64,000 nt of DNA from Thermodesulfobacteriota bacterium. Lineage in GTDB: Bacteria; Desulfobacterota_D; UBA1144; Nemesobacterales; Nemesobacteraceae. The stretch lies in NCBI GenBank assembly GCA_965202785.1, contig OZ241855.1, positions 704,001 to 768,000 of the forward strand. The letters run 5' to 3'. Shown piece by piece: positions 21,298-31,589 of the stretch. Under the pieces are notes generated by a model, which did no database searches, was not told the origin of the DNA, and saw only the letters and a list, made by a program, of their open reading frames with translations. A program made the position numbers and the translations under genes. Within the stretch, counting starts at the first letter, position 1; every line of letters begins with the position of its first letter.

Positions 21298-22203
21298 TCA
21301 GTAGGGATATTCATATCTCCATTCGTCATCTGAAAACCATTCGGCTATAAGTTCTGCCAGAACCGCATCATATGTTTTTAATTCCTCCCGTGTGTCAATT
21401 GAATTGTGAATACCGTCGGGAGGATCGCTCGCAAGGTTGGAGTTGAACCAAGACTGAACACCCTCGGCCCAATACTCATCGGCATTGGTTGCGGCATAGG
21501 TATCGAGCCACAAACCTGCTTCAATTGCATTTTCATAAGCGGCCTGCAGTCTTGGCATGAACTCCGGGTCAATGGAGACAATTCCTATTTGATGAATTGT
21601 GTGAGAAAATTCATGGATAAAGATGCTTTCACCTGCGTAGGGGTCTCCTGCAAATCCCAGCAGATTTTCTTCTCCTACGCTAGTTGCTGGTCTGACTAAG
21701 GTTGCACCGAGTCCACGTGCTCTAGTATTCCAATCAGTTTCTGGGAAAACTTCATTTAAATCGCTGTGCTCAGGAATATCCGTTGTAACCTCCTCAGCCG
21801 CCATAATTGCTATTCGTATTTTTCCTTCTATTATAGGTCCTATAACATCAGGTCTTTTCGATAACATACGTTCCATGAGATTTCTAACAACAAAAAACGC
21901 TTCATCTTCAACTTGCTCTGATGAAACTATTGGAATTCCAAAACCATCAAGATATTTTTCATAGAAGGGATCGAGATTGAACGATTCCCTCACTTGATCG
22001 GGAACAGCAGTCACCTCGAGATTGAGTTCCGGTTCTTCCGGCTGTTCCGGCATTTCCGGCTGTTCCGGCATTTCTGGCCGCTCCGCCTCTGGAGAAGTAG
22101 AATCACCACCTCCACCCCCACCGCAACTTAATATGAACAACACGCTAACAACGCAAAATGTTGCTAATAGTGCCAAGGTTCTGTTCTTAATTGTGAATTT
22201 CAT
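21298..22203 (-). CDS. Lipoprotein with zinc metallopeptidase-like domain
   Basis: Lipobox ILSC, Gly/Pro-Glu linker, HEFSH, YAATNADEYWAEG (lethal-factor/ATLF-like pattern). Confidence 0.75.
   Translation of the reverse strand: MKFTIKNRTLALLATFCVVSVLFILSCGGGGGGDSTSPEAERPEMPEQPEMPEQPEEPELNLEVTAVPDQVRESFNLDPFYEKYLDGFGIPIVSSEQVEDEAFFVVRNLMERMLSKRPDVIGPIIEGKIRIAIMAAEEVTTDIPEHSDLNEVFPETDWNTRARGLGATLVRPATSVGEENLLGFAGDPYAGESIFIHEFSHTIHQIGIVSIDPEFMPRLQAAYENAIEAGLWLDTYAATNADEYWAEGVQSWFNSNLASDPPDGIHNSIDTREELKTYDAVLAELIAEWFSDDEWRYEYPY
22026..22086 (-). repeat. 9-bp-period tandem repeat encoding (PEM/PEQ/PEE)n
   Basis: TTCCGGCTG/TTCCGGCAT units encoding PEMPEQPEMPEQPEEPE. Confidence 0.8.
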
Positions 22204-22280
22204 TTTTAGCCCCTCCCTTTGCTAGGTTTTTGTAAGGTAATTACCTCTATAACTAGCCGCTTGCTCCATCATATTTATTA

Positions 22281-22632
22281 AGGAATTATTCTTTTAGGTT
22301 GACAGATTACCGATGTCAACCGAACATCGCAGGCTGTGAAAGCTCCATACAGTCTAGTAGCAATTTTATTCTCCTGCTTAACTGTTTGTCAAGTAAAAAT
22401 TAAGTTATTTCAGGGTGATATGGAACGTTTAGTCCTAACAAGCCACCTGCTCCACTCGGGTAAATGGAACTCTCAAACCTTCCCCACATGAATTCAGCCG
22501 ATGAATTACCTGCTTCCACGAGAAGAGATGTCACCGGGATAAGACGGCTCTGGGAATTCAAAGTACTGCACCGCGGGTTCGAGGAAGCGATACAGGGCTT
22601 GGAGAACTTGTAAACTTAAGTCTATAACCCCC
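22281..22632. mobile_element. Decayed MITE-like unit with IS1595/ISNwi1-like terminal repeats
   Basis: Left AGGAATTA-ttcttt-TAGGTTGAC (22281-22303); right revcomp GGGGGTTA-tagact-TAAGTTTAC (22610-22632); flanks ATTTATTA/CATTATTA (6/8). Confidence 0.5.
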
Positions 22633-22874
22633 CATTATTAGATCCAAAAACACTCAAATATTATACAAAAAAACACCAACGAGAGTGCCATCATCCAGCA
22701 ACCGCTCCCTCGTTTTACTTTTGGCTAGTTGAGTATATTATCCCTTGGAAACCTAAGACAAACAATCAGAAATCCAGACTTCCAAGAAACACCTGCCTTA
22801 TTCTGTTTTTCAAGCGATACTTTTATTGATACAATAGTGCGTGGTTGGAGACCCGCCACAGCGAGGTAGCAGTT

Positions 22875-23549
22875 TTGAAATTCATATTGGTTCCTGTAAA
22901 AGATCTTTCAAGGGCAAATGAAAGGCTTGCCTCGGTACTCAGCAACAAGCAGAGAACCGAACTTGCCTACGTGATGCTGGAAGACGTGTTCTCCGCGATC
23001 GGCGACTCGAAGCTTGCCGATAACAGGGTCGTTGTTACGCTTGACAGGAAAGCGGAGAGAATGGCCCTTGAGGAAGGGTTTGACGTCATAAGGGAAGAGA
23101 ACCAGTTCGGGGAAAGTTCGTCGGTTGACCTAGCGATCCAGGTCTGCAGAAAAATGGGTGCGAAATCCGTGCTCGTGATCCCGGGCGACGCCCCTTTAAT
23201 AACCGGCGAGGACCTGGACTCCGTCCTAGAGAAAGAGAAGAAAGGCAAGTCCGTGATTCTCGTTCCCTCAGAAGATGAGCTCGGCACAAACGCAATACTG
23301 AGAAAGCCTCCCGACAGCATCCCCTCGATGTTCGGAAACGACAGCTTCAGGAAACACAGGGAGGAGGCCGAGCGCAGATACGTGCCCTGCGACATCTACA
23401 GAAATTTCAATATCAGCATCGACATTGACGAGCCCGGGGACATAGAGACATTCTCCCACCACGGCTCCCATACCAAGACCTACAGGAAACTTCTGGAACT
23501 GGGGCTCATAAAGAAAGAAACGGAAAAAAACGGGGCGGCGGCCGGCTGA
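22875..23549 (+). CDS. cofC: 2-phospho-L-lactate/PEP guanylyltransferase (F420 biosynthesis)
   Basis: ILVPVK....ERL, IPGDAPL, GTNAI, FG..SF..H, DIDEPGD; TTG start after GAGG. Confidence 0.88.
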   Translation: MKFILVPVKDLSRANERLASVLSNKQRTELAYVMLEDVFSAIGDSKLADNRVVVTLDRKAERMALEEGFDVIREENQFGESSSVDLAIQVCRKMGAKSVLVIPGDAPLITGEDLDSVLEKEKKGKSVILVPSEDELGTNAILRKPPDSIPSMFGNDSFRKHREEAERRYVPCDIYRNFNISIDIDEPGDIETFSHHGSHTKTYRKLLELGLIKKETEKNGAAAG

Positions 23550-23663
23550 TTTAGGCAGATCCGGGGCCGCGCCAGTTTCCGCTGAACCCCCGCGTGCGTG
23601 CGTTGAATCCTGGCGGAGTTCCGGTATAATTTCCTGCTTTTCGAATTACCTTTTTTTTCCGAG

Positions 23664-23735
23664 GGCGGCGTAGCTCAGGGGTAGAGCGGGGCTCTCATAA
23701 GGCCTGTGTCGGTGGTTCGATCCCACCCGTCGCCA
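23664..23735 (+). tRNA. tRNA with CAT anticodon, probably elongator Met (Ile2 not excluded)
   Basis: GGCGGCG/CGTCGCC acceptor stem, TAGCTCAG, CTCATAA loop, GGTTCGATCC; G1-C72 paired; CCA not encoded. Confidence 0.9.
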
Positions 23736-23740
23736 CTCCC

Positions 23741-24145
23741 CTACTTCTCTTTTTCTTCTTCGAAATCCAAAGAGGCAGAATTTATGCAGTACCTAAGCCC
23801 CGTGGGCTTCGGACCGTCGGGGAAAACATGTCCCAGGTGGGCGTCGCACTTTGAGCATAGAACCTCGGTTCTCGTCATCCCGTGGGAACGATCGGACTTC
23901 TCCGCTATGTTCTCCCGCGAGACAGGCTCCCAGAAGCTCGGCCATCCCGTGCCGGAATCGAACTTCTCCGAGAAACGGAAAAGCTCCTGCCCGCAGCAGA
24001 CGCAGATGTACATGCCTTTTTCGTGATGGTCGTGGTACTTTCCGGTAAAGGCCCTCTCGGTGCCCTTCTTCCTCGTGACAAGAAACTCCTCGGAGGAGAG
24101 CTGCTCCTGCCACTGCTCATCTGTTTTCTTTATCTTCTCAGACAT
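23741..24145 (-). CDS. msrB: Peptide-methionine (R)-S-oxide reductase
   Basis: [34 protein letters not shown]. Confidence 0.97.
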   Translation of the reverse strand: MSEKIKKTDEQWQEQLSSEEFLVTRKKGTERAFTGKYHDHHEKGMYICVCCGQELFRFSEKFDSGTGWPSFWEPVSRENIAEKSDRSHGMTRTEVLCSKCDAHLGHVFPDGPKPTGLRYCINSASLDFEEEKEK

Positions 24146-24152
24146 TGTCCGC

Positions 24153-25007
24153 TCACTCCCCGAGATTCCTCTTTGAATCCCGGGCCTCCCTCAAAAGGGC
24201 TGCCAGATTCTCTACATTACCGGAGGCGACGGCTTTTTCAATTTCCCCGAGCTTTCCCGCAAAACCGCGGATGGCGTCCAGCAGCGCGTCGCGGTTCTCG
24301 ATGAAAATACCGGCCCACATCTCGGGGGAGCTGCCGGCGATCCTGGTGAAGTCCGCAAGGCCCCCGCCCGAAAAATCAAAGAGGTTTCTCTCTCCTCCCC
24401 TTAAAGCCACCGCGCTCACAAGCGAATAGGCAACCGCGTGGGGAAGATGGCTTACAAGCGAGAAAACTTCGTCGTGGGATTCGGGGTCCATCTCGACCAC
24501 CTCGCTTCCAACGAGCGAAAAGAGCTTTTTCACCATGGAGAGAGCTTCGGGGCTGGTGCTCTCCACGGGAGTGACTACGCATCTTTTCCCCGAGAAAAGA
24601 CCGGGATCAGACTCCATGACGCCGGACGTTTCCTTGCCCGCGATGGGATGGGCTCCGACAAAGCGGATATTCCGGGGGGCATTTTCCATTTCCCTTACTA
24701 TGGAAGCCTTTACGCTTCCCACATCGCAAACCACCGTGCCGGGGGAAACGGATCCGGAAACTTCCCCGGCCACCCGTGCTATGGTATCCACGTAGGTAGA
24801 AACGACAACTATTTCGGACCCCGATATGCCGGGGCCGATTTCGGGAGCGCCCGCATCCGCGATTCCGTTCTCAAGGGCGAAGCGGAGTGACTCAGCGTCC
24901 CGCTCGACCCCGAAGACTTCCCCGACCTCCCCCGATTCGCGAAGGGCGGCCGCAAGGGAGCCTCCTATCAGCCCGAGACCTATCACCGTCACTTTTTCAA
25001 AAGTCAT
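24153..25007 (-). CDS. tyrA: Prephenate/arogenate dehydrogenase
   Basis: [24 protein letters not shown]. Confidence 0.93.
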   Translation of the reverse strand: MTFEKVTVIGLGLIGGSLAAALRESGEVGEVFGVERDAESLRFALENGIADAGAPEIGPGISGSEIVVVSTYVDTIARVAGEVSGSVSPGTVVCDVGSVKASIVREMENAPRNIRFVGAHPIAGKETSGVMESDPGLFSGKRCVVTPVESTSPEALSMVKKLFSLVGSEVVEMDPESHDEVFSLVSHLPHAVAYSLVSAVALRGGERNLFDFSGGGLADFTRIAGSSPEMWAGIFIENRDALLDAIRGFAGKLGEIEKAVASGNVENLAALLREARDSKRNLGE

Positions 25008-26089
25008 CTTCTGAGAATTCTCCCAAGCGATTCAATGAATTTTTCGTTTTCACTCCCGAGGCCGAAACTTACCCGCAGGTGCGTTTTAAGTCCGTAGCCG
25101 CCCACAGGTCTCGTTATGACCCCGTCGCGAAGAAGCGCCTCGTAAACCGGCATCGGATCCCTCTCGAGATCAACGAGAACGAAATTTGTGTGTGACTCCG
25201 TGTACCTGACCCCGAGTTCCCCCAGCTTCTCGCGGAAATACTCCTTTGCGGTGCGGTTAAGCTTCCTTGAGAGGGCGACGTGTCCATCGTCGTCAAGCGC
25301 TGCGCAGGCCGCCACCTGCGCGGCCGAGTTCACGTTAAACGGCTCCCTGACCCGGTCCATGTAGGAAACCGCCTCTTTTGACGCAACCCCGTAGCCGATC
25401 CTGAGCCCCGCAAGACCGTAAATCTTGGAGAAGGTCCTCACCGTCACGAGCGATTCGCGGGCCGAGTGGTAGCGAAGCGTGTCCGGATACTCGGGGTCGT
25501 CCACGTACTCGAAATAGGCCTCGTCCACGAGCACTACCACGTTCTCGGGAACCCGCTCGAGAAACCACTCGAACTCGTCCCTTCTCACTATCGTCCCGGT
25601 GGGGTTGTTCGGATTCGCAATGTAGATGATTTTCGTTTTCTCGGTCACCAAGGAAAGCATGTCCTCGAGGTCGTGCGCAAGATCCGGCATCCGGGAGACG
25701 ACATGCGAGCATCCGAGCGACTGGGTGACGATCGGGTAGACGATAAACGCGTGACGTCCGTAGATGGCCTCGTCCCCGGGCTCAAGAAAGGTCCTCGCGA
25801 CGATCTCTATCACCTCGTTCGAGCCGTTGCCGATTACTATCGTGTCCTCGGGAACCCCGAGCTTCTCGGAAAGTTTCCGGCGGAGTTCAAAGCAGCCCCC
25901 GTCGGGATAAAGGTTGACCTTCGAGACGTGTTCTGAAAGAGCCTCTTTCGCAAGCGGGGAAGGGCCGAGGGGGTTTTCGTTCGAAGCCATCTTGGCCGCG
26001 CCCCGGATTCCGAGCTCCCGCTCGAGCTCCTCGATCGGCTTTCCAGGAACATAGGGAATAAGGTTCTTTACGCTTGCTCTTGGTTCCAT
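25004..26089 (-). CDS. hisC: Histidinol-phosphate aminotransferase
   Basis: SNENP, NPNNPTG, DEAY, RTFSKIYGLAGLRIGY. Confidence 0.95.
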   Translation of the reverse strand: MEPRASVKNLIPYVPGKPIEELERELGIRGAAKMASNENPLGPSPLAKEALSEHVSKVNLYPDGGCFELRRKLSEKLGVPEDTIVIGNGSNEVIEIVARTFLEPGDEAIYGRHAFIVYPIVTQSLGCSHVVSRMPDLAHDLEDMLSLVTEKTKIIYIANPNNPTGTIVRRDEFEWFLERVPENVVVLVDEAYFEYVDDPEYPDTLRYHSARESLVTVRTFSKIYGLAGLRIGYGVASKEAVSYMDRVREPFNVNSAAQVAACAALDDDGHVALSRKLNRTAKEYFREKLGELGVRYTESHTNFVLVDLERDPMPVYEALLRDGVITRPVGGYGLKTHLRVSFGLGSENEKFIESLGRILRR

Positions 26090-26117
26090 AGGAGGGGTTC
26101 GTCCCCCAAGCCCGACA

Positions 26118-27203
26118 TCAGCTCGACACTTCGGCGGGATAGGATCCCAGCACCTTGAGGAAAACGCAGTTGGCTTCCACTTTCTCGAGGGCGTCCTTTA
26201 CAGCTTCTTCGTCTCGGTGTCCCGAGAAGTCGGCGAAAAACACGTATTCCCACTGCCCGTCGTGCGAGGGTCTGGACTCGATTTTGGTGAGATTTATGCC
26301 GGATTCGGAAAAGGGGAGAAAAAACGTCGTGTGAAGTGCTCCCGGCTCATCCTTAACTGAAAAGGCGATCGAGGTCTTGTCCTCTCCGCTCGGGGCAGGT
26401 TTCTCCTTTCCCACCACCACGAACCGGGTCGTGTTGCGCGGGCTGTCCTCTATGTAGCCCTGTATCGTCTTCAGGTCGTATATCGACCCTGAGAATTCGC
26501 TTGCGATCGCGGCGACACTCCCGTCCCTTGCAGCTATCTTCGCCGCTGCCGCGGTGCTCGGGGTCTCAAGAAGCGCGACGCCGTAGAGGTTTGCGGCAAT
26601 CCATTTCTTGCATTGCCCGAGGGCGTGAGGGTGCGAGGCCACCGTCCTTATTTTGCTGACGTCCCCGTCGATGGAGAGCAGGAAGTGCTCGATGCGCTCG
26701 AAACACTCGGCCGAGATGTCAAGATCCCACCGGACGAGCATGTCAAGCACGTCCCCCACCGAACCCTCAACCGAGTTCTCGAGGGGCACTATGCCGAAAT
26801 CGGCCCTTTTGCTGTGCACTTCCTCGAACACATCCTCAAGGCTGTTTACGGGAAAAAACTCTGAGGAAGCGCCGAATTTCCGAAATGCGGCCTGGTTTGA
26901 AAAGCTTCCCGCGGGTCCGAGGTAGGCGACTTTATCTTGGTGCTGAAAGGACCTGCAGCGCGATATGATCTCCCTGAAAACAAAAAGGACATCCTTGTTG
27001 GAGAGGGGGCCGGGGTTGGCTTGCGTTATCTTGCTTTCTACCTCGTCTTCCCTGCCCCGGTCGTAAATTCCCAAAAAATCCTTTTTCTTGAGTCCGCTCA
27101 CCTCTATCGCAAGCTCCGCCCGCCTGTTTATAAGTTCAAGCAACTTGGCATCGAGGGCGTCTATTTCTCTTCTTACGGCGGCAAGTTCTTTCTTGGAGTT
27201 CAT
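26118..27203 (-). CDS. pheA: Chorismate mutase/prephenate dehydratase
   Basis: N-terminal CM (RREIDALD), ENSVEG, NTTRF, ESRP ACT domain. Confidence 0.95.
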   Translation of the reverse strand: MNSKKELAAVRREIDALDAKLLELINRRAELAIEVSGLKKKDFLGIYDRGREDEVESKITQANPGPLSNKDVLFVFREIISRCRSFQHQDKVAYLGPAGSFSNQAAFRKFGASSEFFPVNSLEDVFEEVHSKRADFGIVPLENSVEGSVGDVLDMLVRWDLDISAECFERIEHFLLSIDGDVSKIRTVASHPHALGQCKKWIAANLYGVALLETPSTAAAAKIAARDGSVAAIASEFSGSIYDLKTIQGYIEDSPRNTTRFVVVGKEKPAPSGEDKTSIAFSVKDEPGALHTTFFLPFSESGINLTKIESRPSHDGQWEYVFFADFSGHRDEEAVKDALEKVEANCVFLKVLGSYPAEVSS

Positions 27204-27291
27204 TATCCAGTCTTAAGGAGAAGATTTTGGAGAAGGATAGCGAGGGGGTAGGGCAAAGTCAAATAGCCCTCGGGGGGTAAAAACGGGGCTC

Positions 27292-28200
27292 CTAGCTGCC
27301 CCCGTTTCCCTTTACAATCCTAGGTTCCGCAAGGGTTCCCTGGATCCTTCCGGAGAAGCTGCCGTCCCCTCGGGAACCGAGAAAACCGCCGACAAGAGCA
27401 AGCTTTACATCTTCCGGAGAAGGCCTGAACGTAACGGAGAGATCAAGGGCGGCTCCCTTCCTTAATCGAAGCGGAGATGGAGCTTTTCCCTCCGCCTGCA
27501 GGGACAGTTGCGGATTCGTCAGGGAAAACTTCTCGACTCGCGATTCAAAGCGGTTGGCGGTGCCGCGAAGCACCACGCTCAGGTTGCTGTATTCCTCCCC
27601 CAGCTCAAACTCCTGCACCTTGTCCACGGCAACCGAAAGAGAAGGAGAGGACACCAGATATTCCATCTTCGATATCCCTCCGCTTTCCCCCTCCCTGAGA
27701 AGCTTTATGGTTCCGTCGACCTTCCCGCTGACAGAAATTCCTCCGTCCCCCAGAAAAAGACGTGAAACGGCCGAAGATTCGACGGAATTTATATCCACTT
27801 CCGCGCTCGTAACCCTGTTTTTTTTCATGTTTTGTGAAACCTTGCCGTCTATCTTCCCGCCGTATGCGTCAACGGAAAAGGAAATCCGGGTGTCATCGGA
27901 AAAAATAACGGATAGAAGCCCGGCGCTCACCCTGGCCCTGTCAATCACAAGCGGCTTCCTTTCCCCGAGGATCACTCGGATGTTCCTGAGCTCAATCGAG
28001 GAAAGACCTTTTAGGTCCGCGTCTCCTATCAGAACCGGAACCGGGGAGTTGTCCTGAATCTCGAAGATGATCCTCCTTTCGACCGAGTCCCGCGGAAACC
28101 CCAAAAGAAGAAAAATCAGAAGAAACGCAAAGAAGACCCCGACATAGAGACGGACGGAGATTTTCTCTGGTATTTTGATTCCGGTCTTTATGTTCATCAT
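27292..28200 (-). CDS. gspN: Type II secretion protein GspN-like
   Basis: N-terminal TM followed by FP motif; beta-rich; C-terminal GTLAEP; follows gspL/M-like genes. Confidence 0.7.
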   Translation of the reverse strand: MMNIKTGIKIPEKISVRLYVGVFFAFLLIFLLLGFPRDSVERRIIFEIQDNSPVPVLIGDADLKGLSSIELRNIRVILGERKPLVIDRARVSAGLLSVIFSDDTRISFSVDAYGGKIDGKVSQNMKKNRVTSAEVDINSVESSAVSRLFLGDGGISVSGKVDGTIKLLREGESGGISKMEYLVSSPSLSVAVDKVQEFELGEEYSNLSVVLRGTANRFESRVEKFSLTNPQLSLQAEGKAPSPLRLRKGAALDLSVTFRPSPEDVKLALVGGFLGSRGDGSFSGRIQGTLAEPRIVKGNGGS

Positions 28201-28209
28201 TTTCTCCGG

Positions 28210-28848
28210 TCACGATTCGCTGAAGGAAAAAGTGGACAGGCGGAATGAGACGTCACTGAGGTTCGGGTTGTCGAACCTGGTTTTTATCCTGAGGTCCGAG
28301 ACCTTGAGTATGGTCTTGCTTTTCTGAAATGTATAGAGAACGTTAAGCACTCTGGGAACAGGCACCTTGTTTATCTTGATCAGGACTGCTCTTTCCCGGT
28401 TTATCCCCTTCCCCCTGACCGACGGGTTTGTTCCCCTTATGGAAAATGAACGGCGGTCTATGCCGTTTCTGACGAGCGCCTTCTCCGCGACCGAAATAAG
28501 CGCATCCCTTTCCTCCCTCATCGAACCGCTGACCTCGGCCAGAAGATCCCTCGAGTAGCGGTACTCATCCTTAAGGGACCTCATCTCGCTTAGCTGCAGT
28601 CTCACCTGGCTGACCTCGCTTTTTACCGCAGAACCCCCGGGGAAAACCGCCCTGTAGGCGGAAAAGAGTATGAAAAGGGCCAAGGCCGCGGCGGCTATCT
28701 TGAGGGCACGGACATCCCTTGTGGAGAATTCTCCCCTGTCTACGAGTTCTCTTACCCTCCGCGCCAAGGGCTCGGTTCTTTCCAGAACCGCTGAGAGAAG
28801 CGATTTCAATCCCTGCATCAGTCTTTGCATCAACCCCTCCATTCTCAC
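28210..28848 (-). CDS. GspM/PilO-like bitopic protein
   Basis: Single TM, coiled coil, ferredoxin-like C-terminus; position between gspL and gspN. Confidence 0.6.
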   Translation of the reverse strand: MRMEGLMQRLMQGLKSLLSAVLERTEPLARRVRELVDRGEFSTRDVRALKIAAAALALFILFSAYRAVFPGGSAVKSEVSQVRLQLSEMRSLKDEYRYSRDLLAEVSGSMREERDALISVAEKALVRNGIDRRSFSIRGTNPSVRGKGINRERAVLIKINKVPVPRVLNVLYTFQKSKTILKVSDLRIKTRFDNPNLSDVSFRLSTFSFSES

Positions 28849-30311
28849 CTGACGACCATCGATATTTCGAATTTCAAGCCGCTGTTAACGGCCTTTCTGA
28901 CCTGCCCCATCTTCACCTGGGTGAAGCTGCCGGACTCCGAAAAGGCTTTCTCTATTGACGCTATCTCCTCGTAGGAATCGCTCCTGCCCCATATCTTGAC
29001 CCTGCCCCCGTCTTCGATCCTTATTTCGTCAACAGAGAAACTCACGTCTTTCGGAACGGCGGCGGAAACTGCCGTCAGCACCTCAAGCGGACTATGGGCC
29101 CCTCTTACCTGCTTAAGTATGTCAAGCTTGCGGTTGATGACCTCAAGCTTTCCCCTGTAAAAGGCGACCGGGTCCTGTGTCCCGACAGCCTCCGGAAACT
29201 CCCTCCTAAGATCCATCTCCATCTCGGAGCGTATGGAATTCATCTTGCTCCTGGCGGAGACCACTTCCGTCGCGCGCCCGAAAATAACCACAAGAAGCAG
29301 GGCGGCGCACAGGGCGACAGGAACCCGAAACTCCTTTAACAACCCTCCCGCCATCCCCCGCGGACTGTATCCGTTCCTTCTCAGGTTGAATTTTCCTCCC
29401 TTGCCGGAGGAACTTCCGTAAAGCGCAAGAGCGTACGCCCTTGCGAAAAAAGGAGAATCCTTGTGGCCGAGCTGCTCTATGAAAATTCTCTTTACCTCCC
29501 GGCCGAGCTGCTCGCTAAGTTCCCTCGCAACTCCTTCTACCTCGCATATCCCTCCAGTGAGAACCAGGCTCCTTGCTTCCTCTCCCGTCTCTCCCTCAAA
29601 ATAGCGCAGGGTGTTTCTTATCTCTTCCGCGATGAAGCGGCAGCTCTTGAGAAACGCCTTCCTTTTCTCCTCATCGCCGTTTATCTGGTCCAAGTCAAGG
29701 ACATCCGCAGCAAGGGATTTTTTCATTCTCCCGACGGCATCATCGCAGTTCCTTACCCTGCTGAGCCCGCTTTCGTCAAAAAACGAGAAATTGAGGTGGT
29801 CTTGGTCGGCATCTATAAGAAGGAGCGGTCTCGGCCCTTCAATAAGTTCCCCCAACGAAGAAAACGCAACAGGCGTGAAAGTCACCTGATCAGGATCCAC
29901 GCCAGACTCCTGCATGGAGCCCAGATAGCCCTCAAACACATCCTTCTCAAAAGCGGGAACTATGGCCTCGGACCCCTCCGGTCTCTTCACCTCGTGGTAG
30001 TCCGACAGCACGTCCTCCCCTAGGGCGAACCCGGTCGAGTTCTCAAGCTCGAAGCGGAAAACCCCCCTCAGCTTCTTTGAATCGGAGAAAGGAAATTTGA
30101 GGATCCTGAGAAGAAGCGGGGAAGAGCAGATTCCGGTAACGGCCCGGGTCCCCAGAGAAATTTCGCCTTTGAGAAAAGCTGATGTATCGCTGCTACCAAG
30201 CCCCCCGGTGAAAGAGGCCTTGCGGACTTCAGTCCCCTTGAGTCCTCTTCTTACTGTTACGGTCCTGACCTTTCCGCCGGAAAAATCGACTCCGATGAAT
30301 CCACCTAGCAT
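28845..30311 (-). CDS. GspL / PilM-PilN fusion-like protein
   Basis: Actin-like IGVDFS and LVLTGG, TM, PilN-like C-terminus; start reassigned to MLGGF. Confidence 0.7.
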   Translation of the reverse strand: MLGGFIGVDFSGGKVRTVTVRRGLKGTEVRKASFTGGLGSSDTSAFLKGEISLGTRAVTGICSSPLLLRILKFPFSDSKKLRGVFRFELENSTGFALGEDVLSDYHEVKRPEGSEAIVPAFEKDVFEGYLGSMQESGVDPDQVTFTPVAFSSLGELIEGPRPLLLIDADQDHLNFSFFDESGLSRVRNCDDAVGRMKKSLAADVLDLDQINGDEEKRKAFLKSCRFIAEEIRNTLRYFEGETGEEARSLVLTGGICEVEGVARELSEQLGREVKRIFIEQLGHKDSPFFARAYALALYGSSSGKGGKFNLRRNGYSPRGMAGGLLKEFRVPVALCAALLLVVIFGRATEVVSARSKMNSIRSEMEMDLRREFPEAVGTQDPVAFYRGKLEVINRKLDILKQVRGAHSPLEVLTAVSAAVPKDVSFSVDEIRIEDGGRVKIWGRSDSYEEIASIEKAFSESGSFTQVKMGQVRKAVNSGLKFEISMVVR

Positions 30312-30327
30312 CTTAAAGGTACGAGGA

Positions 30328-31488
30328 TTATACCCTCGCCTGCCCCTCCGCCGCTCTGGCGTCAAGTTCCATTGGCATTATTACATTCACGTAGCCGTCC
30401 TGCTTTTCTCCTTCCTCGCAGGGGACTACGTAAACCGGGTTTTTGTGGCCGGAAAAACCGATTATCACTTCCGAGGACCCCACGGCGTCAAGAACGTCCT
30501 GGAAGTACGTGAAGTTGAAACCGAGCCTCACCTCATCCCCCGAATATTCAACCGGCATGCTTTCTTTCCCCTCGCCGGTGTTGAGATAGGCACCCAGAAG
30601 CAGGCTCCCTCCCCCGAAGGCCATCTCCACGAACCTTCCCCCGCCCCTCACGTTGTCCGCGGAAAAAAGAGAAACCCTTCTGAGCGCAACCAGAAGCTTG
30701 GAGGCATCGACCGTGACCGTGTTTTTCGTCGAGACCGGAACCACCTGCATGTAGTCTGGAAATTCAGCGTCAATCACCCTAGAAATGAAAACAAGGTTTT
30801 CATCATTTAACTCAAAAACGAAGAAGTTCCCGCTGCTCCCGACCCTGACTTCCTTAGAGAGACGAAGAAGCCTTCTTATCTCCATAACCGCTTTTTTGGG
30901 AACCAGAATATCCTTTGGCAGGTTAAGGTTCTCTATTTTTTCATCGACAAAGCTAAGCCTGTGGCCGTCGGTAGCGACAAGCCTGAGCGTCTGCTCTCCT
31001 CTTTTTTCGAAGAACACCCCAGAGAGGCTTCTTCTCATTTCATCATCGGAAACGGAAAAGACCGTCTTGGATATCATTTCCTCAAGCCTCTCGGAGGAAA
31101 CCTGGAAAAGGTTATCCGATGAAACCTCGGGCACTCTGGGGAAATCGTCGGCCGCAAGTCCCGCTATCTTGAAGGAACCCGAGCTGGTAACGACCTCGAT
31201 CCAGTTGTTCTCGGTAGCGGTAACCGAAATCTCCTCTTCCTCCTTGATCTCCCTGACAAGATCCGAAAGGATCCCGGCGGGTACCGCCATCTTGAATTCT
31301 CCTTCGGTCTGGGCATCGCAGAAAACCGTGGCCGTGTTTTCAAGATCAGTAGCTTCCAGAAACAGACCCTTCTCTGTAGAACTCATAAGAACATGGGAGA
31401 GAATCGGCATGGTGGTTCTTTTCTCCACGACTCCCTGGATCATTCCCAGCTTCCTTGAAAAATCTCCGCCTTTGATTTTAAACATCAT
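30328..31488 (-). CDS. dnaN: DNA polymerase III beta clamp
   Basis: TMPILSHV, ATDLE, VATDGHRL, FPDY, VIMPM; start reassigned to MMFKI. Confidence 0.97.
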   Translation of the reverse strand: MMFKIKGGDFSRKLGMIQGVVEKRTTMPILSHVLMSSTEKGLFLEATDLENTATVFCDAQTEGEFKMAVPAGILSDLVREIKEEEEISVTATENNWIEVVTSSGSFKIAGLAADDFPRVPEVSSDNLFQVSSERLEEMISKTVFSVSDDEMRRSLSGVFFEKRGEQTLRLVATDGHRLSFVDEKIENLNLPKDILVPKKAVMEIRRLLRLSKEVRVGSSGNFFVFELNDENLVFISRVIDAEFPDYMQVVPVSTKNTVTVDASKLLVALRRVSLFSADNVRGGGRFVEMAFGGGSLLLGAYLNTGEGKESMPVEYSGDEVRLGFNFTYFQDVLDAVGSSEVIIGFSGHKNPVYVVPCEEGEKQDGYVNVIMPMELDARAAEGQARV

Positions 31489-31589
31489 CTTGAGAAGAAA
31501 ACCTCCGGTTACGGAAAAAACAGAAAGACTCTTCTTTCCTTTTTCCTTCGTGTATGTGCAAACAGTATCTCCATATGATAATAACCACT

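Noticed and set aside
23664-23735. Initiator tRNA-fMet
   Set aside because: First base pair is G-C paired and the anticodon stem lacks the three consecutive G-C pairs next to the loop.
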